Positions 1-12,647 of a DNA stretch of 64,000 nt are shown here, in pieces. A program made the translations under genes and the position numbers. The notes beneath the pieces are model-generated. The model was given only the letters and a program-made list of their open reading frames with translations. It was not told where the DNA came from and made no database searches. Source of the stretch: Octopus bimaculoides (taxonomy: Eukaryota); contig NC_068981.1 of NCBI RefSeq assembly GCF_001194135.2, forward strand, positions 190,787,555 to 190,851,554. Direction: 5' to 3'. Within the stretch, counting starts at the first letter, position 1. Each line of letters opens with the position of its first letter.

Positions 1-1150
1 TTTGTTGAGTTAGCATTAACACATCAATAGAAACTATAAAAATTGTGCTGAATCAATAAGTTTGTGTTATGGCTAGTAAAACAAAAGAAATATTGTATTA
101 TTTATTTTATACAATTTTTTTTATTATTATTATTATTTTGTTTGACAATAATATCTTTTAAAAATTTTTTTCTAAATTAATTCATTTCTCTTTATAAGTT
201 ACAATGAGGTTTAAATCAATAATATCCATTATCCGAAACCTGTTAAATGTCTGCTTGATTAGTATATATTACGTTCATTTTTGGAAACAACGTTACTCAC
301 TGCGATGGATATGATCTATTAATCTGTATCAGATTTCTGAATGTACTTAAATAGGAATTCAATGTTTATAGATTACAACACATGTCAAGATGACCTTTAC
401 ACATCATCATCATTGGATGTCTGCTTTCCATGCTGGCATGGGTTGGATAGTTTGACAGGAACCGAAGAGGCAGAGGACTGTGCCAATCTCTGCTGTCTGC
501 TTTGGCATAGTTTGTATGGTTGAATGCCCTTTCTGACACCAACCACTTTATAGACTGTACTGGGTGCTTTTTACTTAGCACCAATGAAGTCACTAAGTAA
601 GATGTAAGACAAGACCCCTCAACTGGAAGGGAAGTAGTATTGAGAGAGACAGCTTTGTGCCTGGTGATGAGAGGTTAAAGTATGATAGAGGGACAGAAAC
701 GGGTGTCTTGCTGGGGAGGAGAAACATCTTCACTGTTTAATAAATTTGTACATCTGCAAAGTTACAAGTAGTATTATATTGGTATAGTAAACTTGATTCC
801 CAATTGAACTCATTCTTAGTTACAGTTTTTAATGCATTCTGATGCATGAATAAATGAATGAATGAAAACATAATGCTACAACTACTTGTAGGTGTAAGAT
901 CTGGATACCAGAATAGATAAGGAATAGTAAATTACTACTTCAGAAATGAACACAACATTCATGACATTCAGAAACATTTTTTTTCATTCTTGGTATTGTT
1001 GAAACAGGGGATAAACAACTCCAGCGCTACACCCTTAAAAATTGCTATGCTTCCTGAAATTCACCAACATTACTCCTCATGTACCTATGCACCATTTATG
1101 ACACTTTTAATGTTCACTTTTCTAAGTTTTTGTGTAATTTTTCACAATTA

Positions 1151-1876
1151 GGTGCAGGAGTGGCTGTGTGGTAAGTAGCTTGCTTACCAACCACATGGTC
1201 GTGGGTTCAGTCTCACTACGTGGCACCCTAGGCAAGTATCTTCTACTATAGCCTCGGGCCAACCAAAACCTTGTGAGTGGATTTGTTAGACAGAAACTGA
1301 AAGAAGCCCATCGTATATATANNNNNNNNNNNNNNNNNNNNNNNNNNNNNNNNNNNNNNNNNNNNNNNNNNNNNNNNNNNNNNNNNNNNNNNNNNNNNNN
1401 NNNNNNNNNNNNNNNNNNNNNNNNNNNNNNNNNNNNNNNNNNNNNNNNNNNNNNNNNNNNNNNNNNNNNNNNNNNNNNNNNNNNNNNNNNNNNNNNNNNN
1501 NNNNNNNNNNNNNNNNNNNNNNNNNNNNGTAGCTCGAAACGTCAAAGACTTTCCGTATTCCCGAGCGTCATACTAATATATACTTTTGTTATTTACACCA
1601 CCTGTCCTCGTCTATTGTTATTTTTTGTATATTCTCCCATATATATATATATATGTATGTGTGTATGTATATGTTTGTGTGTCTGTGTTTGTCCCCCAGC
1701 ATTGCTTGACAACCGATGGTGGTGTGTTTACGTCCCTGCAACTTAGCGGTTCGGCAAAAGAGACCAATAGAATAAGTGCTAGGCTTACAAAGAATAAGAC
1801 CTGGGGTTGATTTGCTCGACTAAAGGCGGTGCTCCAGCATGGCTGCAGTCAAATGACTGAAACAAGTAAAAGAGTA
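1151..1876 (+). mobile_element. tRNA-derived SINE with a CORE-like domain and central microsatellite (octopus OR-type)
   Basis: A box TGGCTGTGTGG, B box GGTTCAGTCTC, CORE-like CCTAGGCAAGT..., TA/TG hinge and a conserved 3' module ending AAGTAAAAGAG. Confidence 0.85.
1529..1638 (+). mobile_element. Penelope-like terminal remnant with the 3' half of a minimal hammerhead ribozyme core
   Basis: GTAGCTC-GAAA-CG-TC (stem II 3' strand, GAAA, palindromic ACGT stem III, GUC triplet) directly after the gap, embedded in a TA microsatellite. Confidence 0.5.
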
Positions 1877-3369
1877 ATTATTTTACATTATATTTTAGAA
1901 CACAAAGACATCCCAGGGGCTGTATAAGTAAACCTCCTTATAGGGTGGGCTTCATAATTTGTTTATCTTGAAAGTGAAACAAGGAAATTATGAAATGCTT
2001 CTCAGTTTCCAGATTCTGGGAACTTGACAGTTGTTGGAGTGGAGTGATTCCTTATAGCACTGTTTGTGATTTTATTTGGCCCTGGTGTGGTTCTTTCTTT
2101 CAAGAAACTTGGTCACCTCTGGTTCAGTCTACATTTTGAACACCCAGTGCATTGCTGTTAATATCTATATCCTGAGATAGGCTAATTTTTTTCATGCTAA
2201 TGTGTAAAGAACGTGTTGTAATGACAAAAAAATTTCAGAATTAAATGCAACATTTTCCCAAATTAGTCCCAATATTAGAGAATATAAAAAAAAATTTGAA
2301 AAAAAAGGCAATTTTTTTTGTTGTTGCAAATCAAGTAATTCATTCAAATTTAAAAAGAAAATTACAAAAAAAATGTTTATTCATAACTAACATTTTCATA
2401 ATGCTTCTGACGTAATTATCGTGTAGTTTTCTTAAAATCCCTCTAATGAAACTGTCATGAAAGCTTTTCAATGATGTGGTGCAAACCTCTAATTTGTAAC
2501 CTTCTTCAACTGTCAATTCAGCATACTGTTAACTAAACCAACAGAAATCTTTTATTTTTGCGATCTTTGAGAAACTTTTTTGACAAATTTAACTGGAGAA
2601 TTATCCTGTTGGCATACTGCTAATTTAGAATTAATATGTTATTATATAAGGAAAGAATGTCGAGGCAACATGGAAGTAGATAAAGAAACAAAATGCTTCT
2701 TCAAATTTCTTAATGATAAAAAGAATAATAGTAATAATAATAATGATGACGATAATGATAATAACAAAAATCATAATAATAATAATAAAATCATCATCAT
2801 ATGACATGGGAATTGAATTAAAACAAGAACCTCTGATTCTCATAGCAATTATTTGAATTTTTCGAATGGTACAAATGTTGTACGTTTTTGTGTCAGGGAT
2901 GTATATAACATGACTCAAATTCACATTCATTTTCAAAAGACATCAGCATATTATTAAAATATCTTTATAACTTAATTTCATAATAGCTCAGTAGACTCTT
3001 CTGCTAGATAGAAGCATGCAAATTATATCACCTGCTTCTCCTCTCTCTATGTTTCTCTCTCACTTTCTTTCTTTCTCTCTTTCTATATATGTGTGTGTGT
3101 GTGTTGGATCTCATAGTGACAGAGACCTTTGGTAATAAGCTGTGCTTGAGAAGGCTCATCAAGCCAAGTAAAACCATAGTCATGACCATTGCAGGTGTCA
3201 TGTAAGAGGCACCTATTATGCGCTCAGAGTGGTTGGCATTAGGAAGGACATCCAGCCATAGAAACCATGCCAAAGCAGACTGGAACCTGGTGCAGCTCCC
3301 CAGCTTAGCAGTTTTGAATCAAACCATCCAACCCATGCCAGCATGGAAAATGGACATTAAATGATGATG

Positions 3370-3404
<35 letters not shown>

Positions 3405-4683
3405 NNNNNNNNNNNNNNNNNNNNNNNNNNNNNNNNNNNNNNNNNNNNNNNNNNNNNNNNNNNNNNNNNNNNNNNNNNNNNNNNNNNNNNNNNNNNNNNN
3501 NNNNNNNNNNNNNNNNNNNNNNNNNNNNNNNNNNNNNNNNNNNNNNTATATATATATATATGTGTGTGCGTGGAATGGGTTGGATGGTTTGACTGAGGAC
3601 TGGCGAGCCAGGCTCCAATCTGATTTGGCAGAGTTTCTACAGCTGGATGCCCTTCCTAACGCCAACCACTCCAAGAGTGTAGTGGGTGCTTTTACTTGCC
3701 ACTGGCACAAGGGCCAGTCAGGCAGTACTAGCAACGGCCACACTCAAATGATGTTCTTTACATGCTACCTCCACAGGAGCCAGTCCAGCAGCAAAGGAAT
3801 ATATGAGAAACTCTATTGCTCACAACAATCATTTTGACCCATCTTGCATTGATCCCTCATGGGTGGGATACTCTACAACCGGTAGAGGTGCATCTCTCAG
3901 TGCAGAAGTATCTTGTCATGTGATGTTATAAGAGGTATCTCATTAAATAAACTCTGTTTCACTTGGTTTTCATACAGCATACTGTTAGTGACTGTAAGTT
4001 TGAGCATTGGGCAGGAATATATATATGCACACACACACACTAGGTTCATCCAAAAGTTTATTTCAAGCTTTAATTATGTAAGTATGCACACACACATATA
4101 TATTCTTGGGGACACCACCTTGGAATAGTTTGGTTGATTTAATTAAAGTTATCAAGCACTTTGGGTTGATATTTCTTCAATTTCATTAGATATAAAAATT
4201 TCTACCCAATTTTTCTCAAAGCCTATTGATGAATCAAAAGTTATGATTTTATAAAAAATGCTTATGTTAAGTACCACACAGTGGTATTGAACCTGTAAAT
4301 ACACTGTTATGAAACAAGCATATTAGCTGCACAGCCATGCCTATTTATAATCTATTTTCGATAATAATTCATACATGCAAAATTAAATTTATTGAAAAAG
4401 TAGATTTTGTAAAAACTACAAAATTGTATTTTGTGTTGACCTAAATGTAACTTAGAACTGAAAGAATTTTCCTTTGAAATAAACCATTTCTCAGAACTGG
4501 TCAATCAGTGTGTGTGTGCGCACATATGTGTGTGTGTGTGCGCACATATGTGTGCACATGTGCGTGTGTGTGTGTGTGTATGCACATACACAGTAAAGCT
4601 TTACCATAGCATCGTAATTATCAACTGCTATTTCCAGTAAACATAGGTGCCTTGTTGTACTACTACTCTCTCTCTCTCTCTCT

Positions 4684-4721
<38 letters not shown>

Positions 4722-6386
4722 AGCCTCAGCACAGTTTCCATGTACTACATATCATTCGCAAATAATCAGTCCACAGAGTGGAATCAACCTCAGAACTTAT
4801 TGGTTACTCCTGCTCCTATAACTTCTAAATTACACATAATGCTTCTGCTGTTTACATTGCTCAGTGGTATCAGCCATTACAACAATTTACTGTTAAGTAA
4901 GCTGTCGTATGAGAGTTAAGCATCTCAAAAGTTTGAGTGTTAAGGGTCTTGACACTAGACATGTGCAGTAAAATTGCTGAGATGTATCCTTTTGGTAGTT
5001 AATTTGGCTTCCTTTCAATTCAGTTAGCAGCCAGCAGCAGTCCTTTCCCATTGTTCGCAGTGAGGTTTATTTAAACTATACTAGCTTCAATGCAACGAAT
5101 ATTAAGTTATGTAAAGCCCGATGGACTTCTAAAAAGAAAATCTTTTGTCTACCTCTTATATTTTTTGTAAATTAATGATGCGTCTTTGTTTCACACAATA
5201 GCAGATATTCACAGAGTCTGTATTTCTCAAATGATTCTGGCCTAAAGAAAATTAGCAGACTGTTAAATTTTACTGAATGTTCCAAAATTGAATTATCTAT
5301 TTTATAGTTCTTTCCATTTTCTGTGTGTGTGTGTGTGTGTGTGTTATTTAGAGCGCCTACACTGAACACAAGCTGAATACACATATACAAAAAGTTAGTT
5401 GCAAATCAATCGTTACACTAAACCCAAATAATGTGTTGTGCTTGCAACCACTGATAAGTTCCAACCCCAACTGCCCCCCACCCCACCCTAACCCCTGCTA
5501 TCACCACCACCAACACCACCACCATGCTTCTGCCACATCTTTGATCATATGTTAACAAACTGGATATCAAATCTGACACACGTTTCATTCTACACAATCA
5601 ATTACTGTTATGGTTGCAATGAACACAAGATGAGGTTAGAATGAAGCACAGTTTCCACAAGGTATCAAACATATGTGTCTCTTTGAAAATGTTTGATTAG
5701 CCACACCTGTATTGCAGGTGTACTGAAGCAGCAACAGCAGTATTTTCATTAAATGAATGCGTAAAATGAAAGAGCCTCTGTATGGTTATTTACACTACTA
5801 GAAATAGTAAACAGATTTCCCTCAAACCACAACACACATTTTTTGTTTCTTAAATATGCATCTAATATTGTAATTTTAAATGTTTGTCACAACTGGAATG
5901 GATTTTGTATGAGTGGAGATGAACAGTTGGTAAACATCATCATCATCGTCGTCATTTAACGTCCATTGTCCATGCTGGCATGGGTTGGACTGTTTGACCG
6001 GGCTGGCATGCTGGAAGGCTGCACCAGATTCAAGTCTGATTTGGCATGGTTTTCTACAGCTGGATGCCCTTCCTCACACAAACCACTCGGAGAGTGTAAT
6101 GGGTGCTTGTACATGCCACTGGCATGGGTGCCATTTGTGTGACACCAGGGTGCATTTATGTGCCACCGGCATGGGTGCCAATATGCATGACACCGGTATC
6201 TGCCACAACTGCGATTTTGCTTGGCTTGATGGGTCTTCTCAAGTACGACATAATGTCAAAGGTCTCGGCCATTGCCTACATGAGGCCCAACACTCAAAAG
6301 GAACTCAGCAACTCTGCCTCCATGAGGCCCAACTCTCGAAAGGAAAAGGGCTCAATGCTCGAAAGGAAAAATAACAATGAAATATT

Positions 6387-6818
6387 AGATTCAGATTTTG
6401 GCACAAGGTCAGCATTTTCAAGGGAGAGGCTAAGTCGATTACATCGTCCCCAATACTCAACTGGAATTTATTTTACCGACCCCTAAAGGATGGAAGGCAT
6501 AAAGACAGACAAAATGTCACTAAGCATTTTTGCCTGGTGTGCTAACAATTCTGCCAGCTCACCCCCTTTAAAACAATGAAATATTCCTTTCTACTATCGA
6601 CACAAGGCCTGAAATTCTAGTGGAGGTGGGTGAGTGTGGGGTGGCTAGTTGGTTGCATTAACCCCAGTGTGAAACTGGTGCTTATTTTATTGACCCTGAA
6701 AGGGTGAGAGGCAAAGTCAGCCTTGGCAGAATTTGAACTCAGAATGTAAAGACAGATGAAACTGCCGCTAAGCATTTCTCACAGCATGCTAATGATTCTG
6801 CCAGCCCACCACCTTAAC
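6387..6818 (-). mobile_element. Two tandem tRNA-derived SINEs (MetaSINE-like central domain) sharing one target site
   Basis: Target AACAATGAAATATT at 6373-6386, 6572-6585 and 6819-6832 (one mismatch); central motif TTTGCCTTTCATCCTTTCGGGGTCGATAAA in reverse. Confidence 0.75.
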
Positions 6819-7025
6819 AACAATAAAATATTAATCCCAATTCATTCCTGTTCATGCAGAATTCTGATCAAATCCATTCTAATGGTGACTAACCACCCTG
6901 CTTATATTTGTTTTAGACATGTTTAGGATTATGATATCAAAGGCATACTCTCTCTTTATTTATTATTTTTTTTTTTTTTGTTAAAGGGTATGTTGTGATT
7001 TGAGGCAAATCTACTGGCTATTTCT

Positions 7026-7255
7026 TATTTCTTTATTGCCCACAAGGGGCTACACACAGAGGGAACAAACAAGGTCAGACAAAGGGATTAAGTCGTTTAC
7101 ATCGACCCCAGTTCGTAACTCATACTTAATTTATTGACCCTGAAAGGATGAAAGGTAAAGTTGACCTCAGCGGAATTTGAACTCAGAATGTAAAGACAGA
7201 CAAAATACTGCTAAGCATTTCACCTGGCATGCTAACGATTCTGCCAGCTTCCTAT
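7026..7255 (-). mobile_element. tRNA-derived SINE with a MetaSINE-like domain
   Basis: TSD TGGCTATTTCT at 7015-7025 and 7256-7266. Confidence 0.85.
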
Positions 7256-7918
7256 TGGCTATTTCTGACTGGCTGATCGACCATACAGAGGCTACTCTAT
7301 TGCGTTGGGAAACATATGTGGTTATTTCATCATCATCATTATTTAACATCCATTTTTCCATGCTTGCATGGGTCACATGGAACTTATTGAGGCAGATTTT
7401 CTATGTCTGGATTCCCTTCCTGTTGCTAATCCTTGCATGTTTGCAAACAAGGTAATATTTTCCCATGATCAGACATGTTATTCATGGGAGATTGTGAATG
7501 AACAACATCACTTGTATGAATGTGATGCTTCAGGACAAGAGTACACACACACACACTTGTATGAATGGATGATGGGCTTCTTTCAGTCTCCGTCTACCAG
7601 ATCTACTCACAGGTTTTGGTCAGCCCAGGGCTATAGTAAAAGACACTTGCCCTAGTTTCCATGCAATAGAACTGAACCCAAGTTTCTGAATCACCAAAGC
7701 CCCAGTGAGTTGTAGATTCTTACCCTCTGCCTACCTCAAACTATGTCCATTTTATATTTTTTGAAAGAAATCCAAATTTGCCAGACCATTATAATAAAAA
7801 AAATCAATAAAGACTTAGTTTTGTTTATCCCCAGGTCACCTCATTTAAGCACATCTTGATCATCAATGCCATTCCACAAGAGTCCATTCCCCCTTTTTCA
7901 GACATAGTTTATTTCAGA

Positions 7919-9559
7919 CTAACAGGAGTACCCAGCATTGCTCGGGTATTAAATACTTGGCAATGGTCTTAATAGGTTCTTCCATTTCTTTCGTTGTATA
8001 TCACTTTGGATATTTTTTGCGTTAAGTTGCAAACATTGACATTGAGGAAGAAGTGATTTTTTCCCAAGTGGAATTTTATTAGTTGAACAACCAAACGCCG
8101 GAGAGGAGGTGCTTGAAGTTCAGGTAATGGTGNNNNNNNNNNNNNNNNNNNNNNNNNNNNNNNNNNNNNNNNNNNNNNNNNNNNNNNNNNNNNNNNNNNN
8201 NNNNNNNNNNNNNNNNNNNNNNNNNNNNNNNNNNNNNNNNNNNNNNNNNNNNNNNNNNNNNNNNNNNNNNNNNNNNNNNNNNNNNNNNNNNNNNNNNNNN
8301 NNNNNNNNNNNNNNNNNNNNNNNNNNNNNNNNNNNNNNNNNNNNNNNNNNNNNNNNNNNNNNNNNNNNNNNNNNNNNNNNNNNNNNNNNNNNNNNNNNNN
8401 NNNNNNNNNNNNNNNNNNNNNNNNNNNNNNNNNNNNNNNNNNNNNNNNNNNNNNNNGTGAGAGTGGAAGGTTGACCTAGACCTAGCCCTCTGCAAAAAAT
8501 CGAAGCTGTTGGAGGGGGAGGTGTATCCATGTTTTGCAATTTTCTGTAGAACCCGGATGCACAGGGGCAAAGAATAAACAATTTCCAGAAATGATGCAAC
8601 ATAGAGGTTCTTTTGCAACATAAAGCAAAAAACAAAACCAAAAAAAGGGCGTTCCTTGAAACAGCTTTCTTGGGTGTAACTCTGCAAAAATGCGAAAAGG
8701 TGATGTTTAACAGTATTTCATACATCTGTTGCAAGTTAAATAAAGAATATTAACCAAAAATAGTTTTAAACCATTGTTGAGTCATCTGTACTGTTCATGT
8801 GAGACTTGGACGAGTTTGGTCAAAAATGAGGGATTTAAGAGCAAAAACCCAGTTTTCTACTCAGTTTTGCAATTGATGGTGATACACGGATGAATTCTGT
8901 GGAAATTGGAGTCTCCTAACGTTATCCTTAGGATGAGTAAATAGTGAGTAAAGTTTGAATGCAATCCACCGAAGCAGTGAGAAGTCTTTGAAGATCTATC
9001 AGGGAAAAAAGTGTATATATCGATTTTTTCGTGGTTTTCTTGTCACACAGGAATGGCTTTGGACATAGAACAGATACTTGATAGAACCATCATTACATTG
9101 TGGTTTTTTAGCTGTATAAACCAAGGAAATCAGACTTTCCAGTAAAAAGTTTTCTACTGTGTAACTTTGCAAAAATGCAAAAAATTGATTATTTTCAAAG
9201 TTTTTCGCAGTTTTTCTTGGGAATCAGGGGCCCCAAAGCAGTGCCAAAATATTTGTCTGAAATGCTGCAACACGATGGTCCTTTTGACACCAAAATTATA
9301 AAATTCAGACTTTCCTGTAAAAACTTTTCTTGCATGCAATTTTTGCCTTTTTTTTTTTTTTGCAAAGAGTAGAGGGTCCTTTCAGTTTTATTGATTTTTC
9401 TCCTAGAAGCGAGGGGTATCTCTAGGCATCGGTAATGCAGCAGTGACCTGCCTGGGTAAATTTGCCATTTAATAAAACAAATTTCATCAAAATCGGATGA
9501 AAAATGTGAAAACACATAAAAAGCATACACAGACACACAGACATTTTGGGTTTTATAGA
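7919..9559 (-). mobile_element. Non-autonomous Helitron, apparently complete (contains a gap)
   Basis: On the minus strand it starts A|TCTATAAAA..AATGTCTGTGTGTCTG at 9559. It ends with the hairpin ACCCGAGCAATGCTGGGT plus TTAG|T at 7919, i.e. an A/T insertion site without TSD, the canonical Helitron termini. Confidence 0.75.
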
Positions 9560-9924
9560 TTACGTCATCCATTATGTCCTTTCTTTTTGAAAGACATTCA
9601 ATGTGATTTGTGAGATTTGGTTTTAATTTCTAGCAAGATGGGCGACCACATAAAGGCTCTTTGGTTAGCTCATAGAGAGTCATTGTAATGATTTTAGCTT
9701 GTAAAGACTAATTTTAATGATTTTTAGCTGCAAAATACTAGCCATTGTGATAGAGTACATAAATCTTCCAAACGGAATAAAGAAATATGTCAGATATTAC
9801 TTTTAGCTTCATGGTGATGTGTTTTATGATTGCTGCAATAAGAATAGAAGATAGCAGAGGGAAAGATACAGCATTGATACTTTAGGAATAGTTCGATAAA
9901 ACTAGCACTTCTGGTAGGTTTAGA

Positions 9925-9927
<3 letters not shown>

Positions 9928-9995
<68 letters not shown>
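9928..9995. repeat. (GT)n microsatellite (also 14770-14845, 22726-22786 and 32272-32320)
   Basis: Read directly. Confidence 0.95.
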
Positions 9996-9996
<1 letters not shown>

Positions 9997-10278
9997 TAAT
10001 GTTTCTCTCAAAAATGGTGTGATATATGTTTATGGTGTATTCATATGGCCCTCAATTCAATCCTACTGTATAGCACTTTGGGCAACTGTCTTCTTTTCTA
10101 CTGTAGCCTTAACTTACCAATTCTTCATGTGTGTATTATCATTTTTATTCATCATCATCATTTAATGTCCATTGTCCATGCTGGCATGGCTGGAATGGTT
10201 TGACCAGAGCTGGCAAGCTGGAGGGCTGCACCACCCTCCAGTTTGATTTGATGTGGTGTCTATTATTAACATTATTAT

Positions 10279-10322
<44 letters not shown>

Positions 10323-11287
10323 GTGGCACTCTGTTGGTTATGACAACGCGGGTTCCAGTTGATCCGATCAACAGAACAGCCTGCTCATGAAATTAACGTG
10401 TAAGTGGTTGAGCACTCCACATACACACGTACCCTTAATGTAGTTCTCAGGGAAATTCAGCGTGGTACAACAGAAACAGGAAGAAAGAGTGAGAGAAAGT
10501 TGTGGTGAAAGAGTACAGCAGGGTTCTCCACCACACCCTGCCGGAGCCGCGTGGTGGTGGTGATGGTGACGATGATGATATACATGGAAAGAAAAAGAGA
10601 GAGATTATTAGATTTAAATATTCAGAAAATAGTTTATATATTAGCTTAAGTCTATTTTTTGTGTCTTTATCACCATTAATGACCAATTAAAATGAAGTAA
10701 AAGCGTGAAAAAAAAAAACAGTAAAAAAAACCTCACATTTATCAGGAGACCTTATCACTTTCATTTACTTCCTAGAAATTATTTCATTCTTTACTTAGTA
10801 AGCAACAATTATGGAACAATTTGCCAGTAGCTGTTTTAAGTTTTTAGTACATATCAGCCTTCAACATTAAATTACTTTCATTTACTAACTTTAAAATATT
10901 TATAAGATCTAACATTTTTTTCTACCTTGTGCAGCTGACAGCATTCTCACATCTAATGACACACAGACTGTAGCTGCTCTCTGTAACTTTTTTATAGTTA
11001 CTGTCATCTTGGTGGTGCTTATCAAATACATTGACTAACAGTTTAAATCTACTAAATTGCTTGCAAATAACTTTAGCTAGTCCTGCACTTGAAATGGTGT
11101 TTTGTGCTTTTTTCACCACCAAATGAACCAAGACCGTATGTTCACTTCCAGCATTGAAAAGGCTATGCGCTTCCAGCCAGCATGTCTGAAGCATGTCTGT
11201 GTTGCCAAGTGCAATAGTGGATATGAAACCATTGGTAGCATTCTGACCAGCTATATGCTATGATCAGAAATATAAACTACTTGACAA

Positions 11288-11677
11288 TGTAACAATATAT
11301 ATATATACTGACACTAGTAAGGAACAATTATGAACTTTTATTTTAATTACATTTTTAAAAATATGTATTTTTGATAAGGTTTGTTTTTTTCAAGAAGCGA
11401 AGCATGTAAAATATCTCTGAGAAAATTAAAAATTANNNNNNNNNNNNNNNNNNNNNNNNNNNNNNNNNNNNNNNNNNNNNNNNNNNNNNNNNNNNNNNNN
11501 NNNNNNNNNNNNNNNNNNNNNNNNNNNNNNNNNNNNNNNNNNNNNNNNNNNNNNNNNNNNNNNNNNNNNNNNNNNNNNNNNNNNNNNNNNNNNNNNNNNN
11601 NNNNNNNNNNNNNNNNNNNNNNNNNNNNNNNNNATAATTGTTCCTTACTAGTGTCAGTATATATATATATTGTTACA
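11288..11677. repeat. 44-bp perfect inverted repeat (11288-11331 and 11634-11677) flanking an assembly gap
   Basis: TGTAACAATATATATATATACTGACACTAGTAAGGAACAATTAT and its exact reverse complement. Confidence 0.9.
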
Positions 11678-11697
11678 GAGAGAGAGAAAGAGAGAGA

Positions 11698-11734
<37 letters not shown>

Positions 11735-12582
11735 GTTGAAAAGGAACACACAAGTTGGTATGTATAAGGAAAATAAGACAAGGTAGAAAATGCTGAAATA
11801 ATTTTTTCATAAAGAATATTTTAGTACCAATTTCAGTCTTTGCGACTTTTTCAACTTAGAGTAAAGCATGAAAAACAATTAAATTGTGGAAAAATTAAAT
11901 TAAATGTTTTTTTAAAAATATTTCCATGGTTTTCAAATGCAAGGGACATGATATATATATATATNNNNNNNNNNNNNNNNNNNNNNNNNNNNNNNNNNNN
12001 NNNNNNNNNNNNNNNNNNNNNNNNNNNNNNNNNNNNNNNNNNNNNNNNNNNNNNNNNNNNNNNNNNNNNNNNNNNNNNNNNNNNNNNNNNNNNNNNNNNN
12101 NNNNNNNNNNNNNNNNNNNNNNNNNNNNNNNNNNNNNNNNNNNNNNNNNNNNNNNNNNNNNNNNNNNNNNNNNNNNNNNNNNNNNNNNNNNNNNNNNNNN
12201 NNNNNNNNNNNNNNNNNNNNNNNNNNNNNNNNNNNNNNNNNNNNNNNNNNNNNNNNNNNNNNNNNNNNNNNNNNNNNNNNNNNNNNNNNNNNNNNNNNNN
12301 NNNNNNNNNNNNNNNNNNNNNAAGAGATTGCAAGAGTGCAATGAAATAATTTAACAAAAAACTATATAAATTAATAAAGGACTGAACCAGTGCGTGTGTT
12401 TATTACCGGCATAATGCCTCTCCCAAGGTTTAATTGTATTTCTTTCAACACACGTATCCACATCAAGAATCTTGCACACGAAATACACATACGAAATATA
12501 TATATATATATATATATATATTTATGTATATATTATTTTTATGCTGCATGTTGATTAATGTTTATTTATTCTTTATTTCTAG

Positions 12583-12647
12583 GTGAGGACCTTTCATTTG
12601 TTTTATGGTGGTTAATAAGAGAAAAATGTTCAAATATTTAGAGTGCT
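12583..12647 (+). other. Candidate 65-nt exon / recursive-splicing RS-exon
   Basis: TTTATTTATTCTTTATTTCTAG|GTGAGG at the start and CT|GTAAGT at the end; stops in all three frames; AAAAATG at 12626. Confidence 0.4.

Noticed and set aside
1151-1230. tRNA genes
   Set aside because: The A/B boxes belong to SINE heads; there is no complete cloverleaf and each is followed by a SINE body.
4505-4590. Palindromic purine-pyrimidine tract (possible Z-DNA or cruciform)
   Set aside because: It is a decayed TG/CA microsatellite of a type that is ubiquitous here.
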